64,000 nucleotides of DNA from an uncultured Nitrospiraceae bacterium (lineage in GTDB: Bacteria > Nitrospirota > Nitrospiria > Nitrospirales > Nitrospiraceae). The stretch covers positions 576,001 through 640,000 of the forward strand of contig CAVSTP010000003.1 of the NCBI GenBank assembly GCA_963730935.1. Reading direction: 5' to 3'. The position numbers were made by a program, and so were the translations under genes. Shown one piece after another: positions 20,499 through 29,681 of the stretch; position 1 is the stretch's first letter; every line of letters starts with the position of its first letter. The notes below the pieces were generated by a model. It saw only the letters and a program-made list of their open reading frames with translations. It ran no database searches and was not told the DNA's origin.

Positions 20499-23039
20499 AT
20501 GTGGCGCTCCTCCGAGCCCAATCCTCTGACCCACTTCCAACAATGGTTGGACCGCCTCGCGCGTCCTATTGAATTCGCCAGCCGCGACGCATGTGCCCAT
20601 CTTCCCACGGTCAAAAATTTGAGCAGCTTCGTCTCCTCGCAGGTCCTGGGGGCGCTCTCAGACCGTGTCTATCCGAAATCCGTTGAAGCCGCCTTGCTCA
20701 AGCTTCGAGCATTGTTTGTGGAGGACCAGGGGCGATTGACGACCGACGAGCAACAGCGCCGGTTGCTCGAGGCTGCCGCAATTGTGAAATCACTGCGCGA
20801 CGCCGCCCATGACCAGCGACAGGTGTGGGAGCAGCCGGAGCCGCTCAAGACCTCAGAGGATGAGTCTCGGCGAGCCCCTTCGCGTGACGTCGGTCATTTG
20901 CCGATCAGATTCGCCAAAGGTGTCGGTCCGAAGCGTAGCTCGCTCATGGAACGGTTGGGCATCGAAACCGTCGAAGATGCGCTCTGGACCGTGCCTTGGC
21001 GCTACGAAGACCGCTCGGTGATGACGCCACTGGGCGATCTGGTCCCCGGCATGGTGACAGCCGTGTGTGCAACGGTGGCCAAAAGCACCGTGAAGCGAAC
21101 GAGAAACAGGCGTTTCACGGTGTTGGAAGTAGGGTTGGAAGACCACACGGGACGCATGCAGGCAGTGTTCTTCAACCAGTCCTATCTGGAGCAGGTATTG
21201 GCCGTGGGCAGATCGGTCATGATGAGCGGGCGCATCATTGCCGGACGACAGGGGTGGATGGTCCCCAGAATGGAAGTCTCTCAGTATGAAGTCGTGGGCG
21301 AAGGCAGCGAGTACACGCTGCATGTGGGGCGCATCGTGCCGATTTACCATGAGACGAAGGGATGGACGTCCCGCCAGATGCGCGTGCTGGTGAAGGGACT
21401 GTTGGATGAGCACGCGGCCGGTCTCAAGGACACATTGCCGGTCGCCGTACGGGCCAGGCAGCGGCTGATGCCGGTGCAGGAGGCGCTGGCCGACGTGCAT
21501 TTCCCCAAATCCGGCGCCGATCTCCCGTCGTTCGACCAAGGCCGATCGCCGGCACACCGACGGCTGGCGTTCGAGGAGCTGTTCCTTCTGCAAGTGGCGC
21601 TCGCTGCGCGGCAGCGGTCCGTCCAGATGGAGGAAAAAAGTTTGCAGTTCAATCCGAGGACGCCTCTTCTGGAAAGACTGGGACGCGCCTTGCCGTTTCA
21701 ATTGACGGCTGCGCAGGATGTTGTCGTCCGAGAGATCTTTCGCGACATGCTCTCGCCTCGGCCGATGAACCGGTTGGTGCAGGGTGACGTGGGATCGGGA
21801 AAAACAGTCGTGGCGCTCCATGCGATCGTCATGGCCTGCGGTTCCGGCTATCAGGCCGCGCTTATGGCGCCCACCGAAATCCTGGCGGAACAGCACTACC
21901 GAAATCTCAGTCGACTCTTGGATACGCTTGGGTTGAAGGCGGCGCTGTTGCGAGGCAGCGATAAGGCGGCGGTCAAGAAATCTCAACTGGCTCAGCTCGC
22001 CTCAGGTCAGATTCAGGTGGCGATCGGCACACACGCCCTGATCCAGAAAAGTGTAAAGTTCCAGAACCTGGCGCTCGCGGTCGTAGATGAACAGCACAAG
22101 TTCGGAGTGCTGCAGCGCAAAACCCTGAGTGACAAAGCCTACAAGCCCGATGTGCTCGTCTTGACCGCGACGCCGATTCCACGGACGCTGGCCATGACCG
22201 TCTACGGCGATCTGGATGTCTCGGTCATTGGTGCGCTGCCGCCGGGACGGAAACCGGTCCGGACGTTTCTCTTCGGAGACGCGCATCGCAGGCGGGCCTA
22301 TCAGATTCTCCGGGACGAATTGCACAATAAGCGGCAGGCCTATGTGGTGTATCCGTTGGTCGAGGAATCCGAAAAGTCCGATTTGCAGGCGGCGATTCAA
22401 GGGGCTGAGCGATTACAGAATGAAGAGTTCAAGGATTTCCGGGTCGGGCTCCTGCACGGGCGGATGAAGCAGTCTGAGAAAGAAGCGGTCATGGCGGATT
22501 TCATGGCCGGCAAGATCCATCTCTTGGTGGCGACGACCGTCATCGAGGTCGGTGTGGATGTCCCGAATGCGACCATTATGATGATCGAGCATGCCGAGCG
22601 CTTCGGTCTCGCGCAACTCCACCAATTGCGGGGACGGGTCGGCCGAGCCGGGCACCAGTCCTACTGTCTGCTCATGGCGGCCACCCTCGGCCGCCACCGG
22701 GTGCCGCCGGGGAAACGGCCGACGGGAAATCAGGAGCCGGCGTCGTTGGTCAAAGAGCGGTTGGAGGCCTTGGTACGGTCGAACGACGGATTCGAGATTG
22801 CGGAAGAAGACCTGCGAATCAGAGGGCCGGGGGAATTCTTCGGCTTCCGGCAATGGGGCATGCCGGAGTTCCGCGTGGCCAACATCGTGAGGGATGGCGA
22901 CTTGCTGCAGCTGGCCAGATCGGAAGCCTTTTCCTTGGTGAAGCAGGATCCCCAGTTGAGTGCCCCGGCGCATCAACGCATCAAGGAGATGATGCTGCGG
23001 AAGTGGGAAAAAAAGTTGGATTTGGGATCGGTGAGTTGA
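20499..23039 (+). CDS. recG: ATP-dependent DNA helicase RecG (N-terminal extension)
   Basis: RLAFEELF, QGDVGSGKT, VVDEQHKFGV, TATPIPRTL, QLHQLRGRVGR, DLRIRGPGE. Confidence 0.97.
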   Translation: MWRSSEPNPLTHFQQWLDRLARPIEFASRDACAHLPTVKNLSSFVSSQVLGALSDRVYPKSVEAALLKLRALFVEDQGRLTTDEQQRRLLEAAAIVKSLRDAAHDQRQVWEQPEPLKTSEDESRRAPSRDVGHLPIRFAKGVGPKRSSLMERLGIETVEDALWTVPWRYEDRSVMTPLGDLVPGMVTAVCATVAKSTVKRTRNRRFTVLEVGLEDHTGRMQAVFFNQSYLEQVLAVGRSVMMSGRIIAGRQGWMVPRMEVSQYEVVGEGSEYTLHVGRIVPIYHETKGWTSRQMRVLVKGLLDEHAAGLKDTLPVAVRARQRLMPVQEALADVHFPKSGADLPSFDQGRSPAHRRLAFEELFLLQVALAARQRSVQMEEKSLQFNPRTPLLERLGRALPFQLTAAQDVVVREIFRDMLSPRPMNRLVQGDVGSGKTVVALHAIVMACGSGYQAALMAPTEILAEQHYRNLSRLLDTLGLKAALLRGSDKAAVKKSQLAQLASGQIQVAIGTHALIQKSVKFQNLALAVVDEQHKFGVLQRKTLSDKAYKPDVLVLTATPIPRTLAMTVYGDLDVSVIGALPPGRKPVRTFLFGDAHRRRAYQILRDELHNKRQAYVVYPLVEESEKSDLQAAIQGAERLQNEEFKDFRVGLLHGRMKQSEKEAVMADFMAGKIHLLVATTVIEVGVDVPNATIMMIEHAERFGLAQLHQLRGRVGRAGHQSYCLLMAATLGRHRVPPGKRPTGNQEPASLVKERLEALVRSNDGFEIAEEDLRIRGPGEFFGFRQWGMPEFRVANIVRDGDLLQLARSEAFSLVKQDPQLSAPAHQRIKEMMLRKWEKKLDLGSVS

Positions 23040-23043
23040 CAGC

Positions 23044-23183
23044 CGCGGGTCCTGTCCTCGACCAGCCCGACCGTCCTCGCACCCCGCCCGGTGTAGGGAC
23101 TCCGCTGCGGGCGCTTGGTGAAGGCCGCGTCCCGGCGCGGCTGGGTGGGCGGGTGAGAAGATCTCCCAGGTCGAGGCCACCCA
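23044..23183 (+). repeat. Dispersed intergenic repeat family, copy R4 (modules A+B)
   Basis: cgcgggtcctg...ccggtgtagggactccgctgcgggcgcttggtgaaggccgcgtcccggcgcggctgggtgggcgggtgagaa...gccaccc; begins 4 nt after the recG stop. Confidence 0.85.
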
Positions 23184-23232
23184 CTGAAGGAGAAACCCGA
23201 TCACGGTGTGAGTATGAGAGGGGTGAAGGCTA

Positions 23233-23556
23233 ATGGGCTTGCTGCAGCGGTTAAAGCATGATCTGAAGTCGGGGCTGGCGACGCTCCGGTTGGGCACGGC
23301 GCAGGCCGCCAATCGCGCACTCGAGGAGACGGAGTTGTTGCGTCTCCGCCTCGAACTCCGGCGGATCGATCAGGAATTGAAGGAGCTGTATCGCGACGTG
23401 GGTGAGCGGGCCGTGAGTCTTCGTGAGGCCGGTGAGCCCGTAGAACGTGTCTTGTACGATACGGAGATTGCCCGCCTCGTGAAGGACATCCAGCAGTTGA
23501 AAGAGACGAGCGCCAAGCTAGAAGCTGAAATGCAGGAAATTCGCGACGCAGAATGA
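23233..23556 (+). CDS. Hypothetical coiled-coil protein
   Basis: Helical/coiled-coil composition; ATGA-coupled to ppx. Confidence 0.7.
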   Translation: MGLLQRLKHDLKSGLATLRLGTAQAANRALEETELLRLRLELRRIDQELKELYRDVGERAVSLREAGEPVERVLYDTEIARLVKDIQQLKETSAKLEAEMQEIRDAE

Positions 23557-24485
23557 GGGACCAGCGCCTTGCAGGCATCGACATTGGGACACTGACTTGC
23601 CGACTCCTCATTGCCGATCTTCCCGCCAACGGCCCCTTGAAGGAACTGCACTCAGAGCGACGGATTCTTCGGCTCGGCGAAGGCGTCGATCAGTCGAAAC
23701 GGCTGAAGCCAGAGGCGATGGACCGCGTGGCTCGGTGCCTTCAAGAATGGCGCAGAGTCATCGACGGCTATGACGTGCAGGCGCGAACGGCCGTGGCGAC
23801 AAGCGCCGTTCGTGACGCGAAGAATCGGCAGCAGTTTGTGGATCGAGTCAAATCGGAGACCGGCCTCGAGGTCGAAATCCTCACCGGCGAGGAAGAAGCG
23901 AAACGAACCATGCTCGGCATTCGCTCTGGCCTCCCTCAAGGAGTTACCGACGTACTGGCGCTAGACATTGGCGGGGGCAGCACGGAATTCATCTTGGCTC
24001 AACAGGGACAACCACCCGTCGTGTGCTCGATCGATATCGGGGTCGTACGGCTCTCCGAACGGCTGTTGCATCATGATCCGCCGACAAGAGAGGAGATAGA
24101 GCAGGCGCGTGTCTGGATCCGGCGGGAAACCACTGAGGCTTTGGCTGCAATGCCGCGCTCGTCAGGATTCACCTTCGTCGGGACAGCAGGCACGATCACC
24201 TCATTGGCGGCCATGGCGCAGCAGCTTCCCGTCTATGAGCCGACAAGGATCCATAACTACCGACTGGGGCTGGAAACAATCGCCGACCTCGAGCAGCAAT
24301 TGCTGAGTCGATCCAAAGCGGCGCGAGTCGGCATGCCTGGACTGGAAAAAAATCGAGAAGACGTTATTGCCTCCGGAGCCATCATCCTCCGGACGGTCAT
24401 GGACACCTTGGGCGAGCGGGAGTGCCTTGTAAGTGATCTGGGATTACGGGAAGGGGTGCTGATTCACTTGGCCATGAGCCAATAA
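23553..24485 (+). CDS. ppx: Ppx/GppA-family exopolyphosphatase
   Basis: GIDIGT, RLGEGV, VATSAVRDA, DIGGGSTE, GLREG. Confidence 0.92.
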   Translation: MRDQRLAGIDIGTLTCRLLIADLPANGPLKELHSERRILRLGEGVDQSKRLKPEAMDRVARCLQEWRRVIDGYDVQARTAVATSAVRDAKNRQQFVDRVKSETGLEVEILTGEEEAKRTMLGIRSGLPQGVTDVLALDIGGGSTEFILAQQGQPPVVCSIDIGVVRLSERLLHHDPPTREEIEQARVWIRRETTEALAAMPRSSGFTFVGTAGTITSLAAMAQQLPVYEPTRIHNYRLGLETIADLEQQLLSRSKAARVGMPGLEKNREDVIASGAIILRTVMDTLGERECLVSDLGLREGVLIHLAMSQ

Positions 24486-24598
24486 TGTTCTGAATTGTGT
24501 CTGTTGCCTGTCCTCCGTTCAGTACGACCACTGCGGCTTCTGCTCGCTGATTCAAAAAGTATCCTTTCTCCTTTGCGGGTGGCGCTGATCTGGAACCT

Positions 24599-24714
24599 TT
24601 TTCACCCACCCAACCCTGCCGCGCCGAGACGCGGCTTTTCACCAAGCGCCCTTAGCGGGGTCCCTACACCGGGCGGGGGCGAGGACGGACGGGCTGGTCA
24701 GCGTCAGGACCCGC
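24599..24714 (-). repeat. Dispersed intergenic repeat family, copy R5 (modules A+B, minus strand)
   Basis: Reverse complement gcgggtcctgacgctgaccagcccgtccgtcctcgcccccgcccggtgtagggaccccgctaagggcgcttggtgaaaagccgcgtctcggcgcggcagggttgggtgggtgaaaa aligns end to end with R4. Confidence 0.85.
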
Positions 24715-24730
24715 TACTTCCCTTCTTCTT

Positions 24731-26221
24731 TTATCGCTGGGAGTACCACCTGTAGCCTTTGTTTTCCGTGTACGTCGGCTTGTGCGTCCCGCCGGGCTTT
24801 CCCAGCAACAAGACTTTGAAATCAATCAGCCCAAACCAGGCCGGGTCGGCCACGTCGTGATAGTGGGTGCCCTGGAACTTCGGGAGTAGATCGCCGAGCG
24901 TCTGTTTGAGTTCGTTCTCCGTGTAGGCCCGGACGACAAACGGTTTGTTCATCGCCTGGCAAAACCGCTGAATCGTATAGGCGGCGCCGGTGCAAAGCAC
25001 TTTTGTGTCCGGCCTCATCGTCAAGAACTGCGGGAGCGCCAAGTACTGCTCCTGAAAGCCGAGCCAGCGGGCGGCCTGCCTCAAGTGACTATATTGAACC
25101 TCGTATTCGGTATGACCCGGCAGTTTCACCGGCGAGGGCCATCCTTCTTCGATGCCGAATTCCGTCAGAAAGGCGTGGCCGCCTGGTTTGAGGACGCGCC
25201 ACAACTCTGCGATGAATCGGAAGGGACCTAGATTGAAGATGACGTCATCGGGCAGGTCATTGCCGAGCGGCAGACGCACACGCCGGATCCAATCCAGCGC
25301 TTCCTGATGCTGTGGAGTGGCACCCGCCCCTGACAGCAATTCCTGTTTCGTCAGCTTGACCGGTGTCATGTCGGCCATGTTCTCGTTGTCGATGACCAGA
25401 TCGACCGAGTTATCCTTGAAGGGCAGCCATTCCGCATTCGCTTGTGTGCCGCTGCAGGGCCAGCCGCCCGCTGTTGCACGGCTGATCTGCAGTTTCAGGA
25501 AGGGTTTGGTGATATCGACCGAGCAGTATCTGATGCTCTCCTTCTCGAAAGGCAGGAGTTCCTTGCCGAGTTCCCGGGCGACATAGCCAAGTCCACCGCC
25601 CACTTCGACGATGATGCGCGGCTTCGGATTGAACCAGCCGAGGCGCCGGAGTTTCTGCATGAGCAGCCTGCCGTAGGTCAGGCCGTTCAAGGCTTCGTTG
25701 GGCTCACGGAAGAGATGTGAGACTGTCGTTTCGATCAGATCGAAATGCCCGTCGTCCTCGGCGCTGTCTTTTAGTTCGTGAAGGTGAAAATCTTCGAGGT
25801 GATCTTCACCTTCAAAGCCGTCTTGTCCCGACCAGCCTTCTCGGATCTGCTGAAGCAGCACGTCCCATTTGGCCTTATGCCGGTGGCCGCCGGGAGGCTC
25901 GGCTCCGTAGTAACAGAGCGAATAATTGGGAAGGGCCCAGCGCTCTAAATGCCACTGGCCCGGCTGCCCGTCAGGCCCGCATACTTTCGATCCATACCGT
26001 TCAACCAATGCACGGACGGTCGTGTGGCCGTTCATCGCCTTGAGCATGTCGAGACCGGTACGGTTTAGCCGTACGATTGGCAGATTGTCGTCGAGAGGCG
26101 CGAACCACCATTCGTCGGGATGATGTTGATAGGCCACCAGGTCGGGGATGTGCCAGGCCAGGAGATTGAGGGTGTCTCCCGAGAGATGACGGGGTTCGTG
26201 AACAGCAACAGCCGGCTTCAT
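24731..26221 (-). CDS. Class I SAM-dependent methyltransferase with N-terminal PqqD/RRE-like segment
   Basis: IVEVGGGLG, NAEWLPFKDNSVDLVI, ELWRVLKPGG; N-terminal VRLNRTGLDMLKAMNGHTTVRALVERY. Confidence 0.75.
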   Translation of the reverse strand: MKPAVAVHEPRHLSGDTLNLLAWHIPDLVAYQHHPDEWWFAPLDDNLPIVRLNRTGLDMLKAMNGHTTVRALVERYGSKVCGPDGQPGQWHLERWALPNYSLCYYGAEPPGGHRHKAKWDVLLQQIREGWSGQDGFEGEDHLEDFHLHELKDSAEDDGHFDLIETTVSHLFREPNEALNGLTYGRLLMQKLRRLGWFNPKPRIIVEVGGGLGYVARELGKELLPFEKESIRYCSVDITKPFLKLQISRATAGGWPCSGTQANAEWLPFKDNSVDLVIDNENMADMTPVKLTKQELLSGAGATPQHQEALDWIRRVRLPLGNDLPDDVIFNLGPFRFIAELWRVLKPGGHAFLTEFGIEEGWPSPVKLPGHTEYEVQYSHLRQAARWLGFQEQYLALPQFLTMRPDTKVLCTGAAYTIQRFCQAMNKPFVVRAYTENELKQTLGDLLPKFQGTHYHDVADPAWFGLIDFKVLLLGKPGGTHKPTYTENKGYRWYSQR

Positions 26222-26300
26222 GCCAATCGTAGAGCGTTAGGCGCAGAAGCCTACACGAGCCTGTGGTTTTCCTGCAAGAACCTCTAGGGGACCGGCGGAG

Positions 26301-26687
26301 TTACAGTTGAGAAGGGACCGGGGAGCCATCCGTGACGATGATCGTCCCGTGCATAATGGGGTGGATACGGCAGATGTATTGATATTTCCCCGGCGTCAAG
26401 CCGGGATGTGTGTACGTATCGTTGGGCAGTACGATCCCGGAATCGAACGCACAGCCGTCACCGTCCTCGAGACAGCCGACGTGCGTAATCGTGTGTTCAG
26501 TCGGGGTGGGATTCTCCCATCTGATCGGGGCACCCGTGGACACGGTAGCCGATTTCGGAACGAAGTAAGGCGATCCGCTGTCGATAATGATGGCGGTGTA
26601 CGGCGGCGTCGCCGATGTTGGCCACGCCGTCCATGCCATGACCAGCAGCATGGCGATAAAAGTTCGTCTGTAGATGGCGTCTTTCAT
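26301..26687 (-). CDS. Cupredoxin (plastocyanin/amicyanin-like blue copper protein), exported
   Basis: GAGGA RBS; signal; W.N...EHTIT and YICRIHPIMHGTI type-1 Cu ligands (H, C, H, M). Confidence 0.88.
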   Translation of the reverse strand: MKDAIYRRTFIAMLLVMAWTAWPTSATPPYTAIIIDSGSPYFVPKSATVSTGAPIRWENPTPTEHTITHVGCLEDGDGCAFDSGIVLPNDTYTHPGLTPGKYQYICRIHPIMHGTIIVTDGSPVPSQL

Positions 26688-26767
26688 ATCCTCATTTCTG
26701 GATAACCATTCTACCATGCCGGTCAAGAAGTAGGCGTCAACACCGCCCAATTGTCCCAGGAACAGTC

Positions 26768-27829
26768 TTGACCTGGGAACGGGATTGTATGATTCTTCGC
26801 CTTATTTCAATGATGCTTAGGGACCCCGAGGTGCACCCTATTTTCGTGACAATCCGATTGGTTCTGCTGGCAGGGAGCGGCTGGTTCCTTGCTATGTCGT
26901 CCCCGCCGGCGTCGGCACTTACTCTGACGATGCCGGCCGCTGACGCACAGGTGGCTTCCGGTCAAACGCTTCGGGTTGCCGTTGACGTGGGTAAGGAACT
27001 CAATCTGCGACGGCTCCATTATTATTGGTACCGGATCGACGAGGAACCGCTAGCGTCGCACCAGGCGAATCCGGCGCCATTTACTCCCTCGCAAGACGGC
27101 TCTCCGTTTGTCGGCACCGTGGTAGTCCCTGCCGATGCGCTCGGCAAGATGCGACTGTTAGCTGTTGGCGAGGTCGTCAGAGGCCGCATGGAGAGTCATG
27201 AGGAGTTTGACGAGGTGCTGGTGAACGTCGAGACGACAGCCGAGCTACAGGCTATTGAGTTCACGGTGCGCAAGCCATGGAGGCTGGCGCAGGCTGGTAA
27301 GCGGGTGATGGTCCCCGCGGTTGGACAGTTCAGTGACGGCATATCTCGTCTCCTCGTCGGTCCAAGTGCCGGCAGTCGTTTCCATTCATCCGATGAACGG
27401 GTCGTGTCGGTGGACGCCCATGGAGCCCTCCAAGTGATGGGCGCGGGCAAGGCGGCCGTTGCCGTCGAAAACCGCGGGAAAACGGGAACGGTGGACGTCA
27501 TCGTTGAGACGGATGGAGAACCGAATCGTCCGCCGATTGCAGAAGTGGTCAAAGAACTGCACGCCAAATCGGGTGACCTTGTGTTGCTTGACGGCCTCAG
27601 AAGCCGCGATCCTGATGGCGATCCACTACACTTCGAGTGGAAGCAGATCCTTGGTCATCGCGTCATCCTCAGCAATGTGAACGAGGCCAAGGCGACCTTC
27701 GTGGCGCCCCAAGTCTCAGAGCAAAAACAGTATCAATTTTCTTTGGTGGTCACCGACATGGCGGGGCCGGACACGATCAAGGGAGCGGATAGCGCTCCGG
27801 CCGTCGTGACGGTATGGATCACCCCTTGA
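26768..27829 (+). CDS. Exported Ig-like/PKD-domain protein (true start probably downstream)
   Basis: Big_2-like FHSSDERVVSVD; PKD-like NRPPIA..LDGLRSRDPDGDPLHFEWKQ. Confidence 0.7.
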   Translation: MTWERDCMILRLISMMLRDPEVHPIFVTIRLVLLAGSGWFLAMSSPPASALTLTMPAADAQVASGQTLRVAVDVGKELNLRRLHYYWYRIDEEPLASHQANPAPFTPSQDGSPFVGTVVVPADALGKMRLLAVGEVVRGRMESHEEFDEVLVNVETTAELQAIEFTVRKPWRLAQAGKRVMVPAVGQFSDGISRLLVGPSAGSRFHSSDERVVSVDAHGALQVMGAGKAAVAVENRGKTGTVDVIVETDGEPNRPPIAEVVKELHAKSGDLVLLDGLRSRDPDGDPLHFEWKQILGHRVILSNVNEAKATFVAPQVSEQKQYQFSLVVTDMAGPDTIKGADSAPAVVTVWITP

Positions 27830-27858
27830 TGGTAGGGAAAACCCGAGTCCAGACCCCG

Positions 27859-27888
27859 TTGCAACACTCCGTACATTCATGCTAGATG
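27859..27888 (+). promoter_or_regulatory. Putative sigma-70 promoter of the histone-like gene
   Basis: TTGCAA-18 nt-TAGATG with extended TG. Confidence 0.4.
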
Positions 27889-27938
27889 GAGGCCGCATTC
27901 GAGTTCAACGTGCATGGTGATGAAAGAGGAGAGGATCG

Positions 27939-28349
27939 ATGGCGAAGATGAAGAAGCGTCCGGCAAAAAAGAAACCTGCCAAGGCGAAGGCGAAGAAATC
28001 GCCAAAAAAAGCGGCGAAGAAGACGGCAAAGAAGCAGGCCGCGAAAGCGGCTCCGAAGAAAAAAATCAGCGCGGCGCCCGCTCCGTCCAAACCCACGGCC
28101 GTGAAAAAAGCCGTACCCGACGAGGAAACCAGAAAGCCCTCCGCGTCCAAGGGAATGCCAGTGATGCCCAAGGACCCCGAGCTGGATGAGGAAGAGATAG
28201 GAGAAGAAGAGATCGATCTCACCGGCGAAGGCGAGATGGATGACGATGTGGAAGAGGACCTCTCCCTGGACGACGAAGATGAAGAAGATGTCGACTACAT
28301 CGAAAAGTCTGACGATCTCATCGACGATTCCGACGACTATCGGCACTAA
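27939..28349 (+). CDS. Histone H1-like Lys/Ala-rich protein with acidic C-terminal tail
   Basis: GAGGA RBS; KKPAKAKAKKSPKKAAKK N-half, D/E-rich C-half. Confidence 0.8.
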   Translation: MAKMKKRPAKKKPAKAKAKKSPKKAAKKTAKKQAAKAAPKKKISAAPAPSKPTAVKKAVPDEETRKPSASKGMPVMPKDPELDEEEIGEEEIDLTGEGEMDDDVEEDLSLDDEDEEDVDYIEKSDDLIDDSDDYRH

Positions 28350-28462
28350 ATCCTATTCACCTCACCTGACAGAAGCTTCCGGCCTAGCAGCTTTTACCGG
28401 CCTGCTGTTGACTTGTCCGCTGCCGCGGTCGAGCTGTGGAACACTCTGACGTTGATGAGCAC

Positions 28463-28924
28463 ATGTCCGATTTTCTCTTTATTGTTCCAGCGCTGCGTGA
28501 GCGGACATCCGAAGCGAGTGCGGACCTGCAGCTTTCACACGGGCTGTGGGGACTGTGCACCGCCCTGATTCGATCTAATCTCCAAACCTATCTGACCCCG
28601 GAGTCGCGAGGCGTGGTCTACGTTTTGAAGGTCGGCCTTTGCGCGGAATTCAAACTCGTGCCTCCTGTGCAGGACTTCTCAGGGCTTGATGAGTTTCTCA
28701 AGGATGAATTGCGGACGGAAGCCAGGCATGGATTCGTACGGATCGACGGTATGAAGCGGTGGACATGGTCGGCCCATGCCAGTCAGGCGCTCTTGCTGCG
28801 CGTGCTGAAGATCGCGGATCAGGCGGAACTGACGCGGAGGCTTGCGCTCGGGATGCATCGGCTGATGCCGGAAGAGTATGAGGCCATTTTGACGGGAATT
28901 CGAGAAGGGCTCGCGCAAGGCTGA
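28463..28924 (+). CDS. Hypothetical protein (possibly EVE/PUA-like)
   Basis: HGLWGL...VVYVLKVG pattern resembles EVE domains; weak. Confidence 0.55.
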   Translation: MSDFLFIVPALRERTSEASADLQLSHGLWGLCTALIRSNLQTYLTPESRGVVYVLKVGLCAEFKLVPPVQDFSGLDEFLKDELRTEARHGFVRIDGMKRWTWSAHASQALLLRVLKIADQAELTRRLALGMHRLMPEEYEAILTGIREGLAQG

Positions 28925-28948
28925 AAGACGCGGCGGAGAGGACACCCA

Positions 28949-29590
28949 TCACAGGCTTTTGCCGGTCATGAACAGATACGCGTCGTCGATGGTGTCGACT
29001 TCCTTGACCGTGATGTTGAGCTGAAAGCTCAGTTCAATGAGATTCCAGTGCGCCGAGTGCAGCTGCCCGCGCGGCACAAGCACGGTGTGATATCCCTCCC
29101 GTTTTGCCGCCCGGATCTTATCGGGAATGGCGCCGACCCAACCGATCCGGCCGCCGGGTTCGAGGGTTCCGGTCAGTGCAGTGCCCCGCTGAATACGATC
29201 ACCTTTGAACGTGGCAATGAATCCCACCGCCATCACTGCGCCGGCGCTCGGACCATCAGTGCCTGTCGGCCGGTATGAGATCCCCTGCACAACCACTGTA
29301 CCGGTATGCGACAGGCCGGTGGTGCGCTCAACGGCATAGTCGAAGGCCTGCGCCATCGATCCCAATTGGGTCTTTCCGTAGCGGACGCCTGCGATATTCA
29401 TCTGAAGTTGAACCGGATTCGGATCGGACTTTCTGTCCCACCCCATCAGCATGATCTCAAACACGCCGAGGTTGTTTTGTCCAATCGCAGCTAGGACGGG
29501 GAGTTCGATGTACTCGGCATGGGCAGAGACTGCAGCCGTCAAGACGAGGGCCGTGAGGAGCGGGGCGATCATCAGGGCCTGTGCACGCAT
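28949..29590 (-). CDS. Stand-alone Lon-type (S16) protease domain with signal peptide
   Basis: DGPSAGAVMA (catalytic Ser), TGTLEPGGRIGWVGAIPDKIRAA (catalytic Lys); N-terminal signal ending AHA. Confidence 0.85.
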   Translation of the reverse strand: MRAQALMIAPLLTALVLTAAVSAHAEYIELPVLAAIGQNNLGVFEIMLMGWDRKSDPNPVQLQMNIAGVRYGKTQLGSMAQAFDYAVERTTGLSHTGTVVVQGISYRPTGTDGPSAGAVMAVGFIATFKGDRIQRGTALTGTLEPGGRIGWVGAIPDKIRAAKREGYHTVLVPRGQLHSAHWNLIELSFQLNITVKEVDTIDDAYLFMTGKSL

Positions 29591-29681
29591 GGAAACGAGT
29601 CTACCAAACCGCCTGTCTGCGTAAAGAAAGCGATGATTTCGTGACTTGCCTTGCGCCAGGCCATTCCGTATAAGGACCGTC

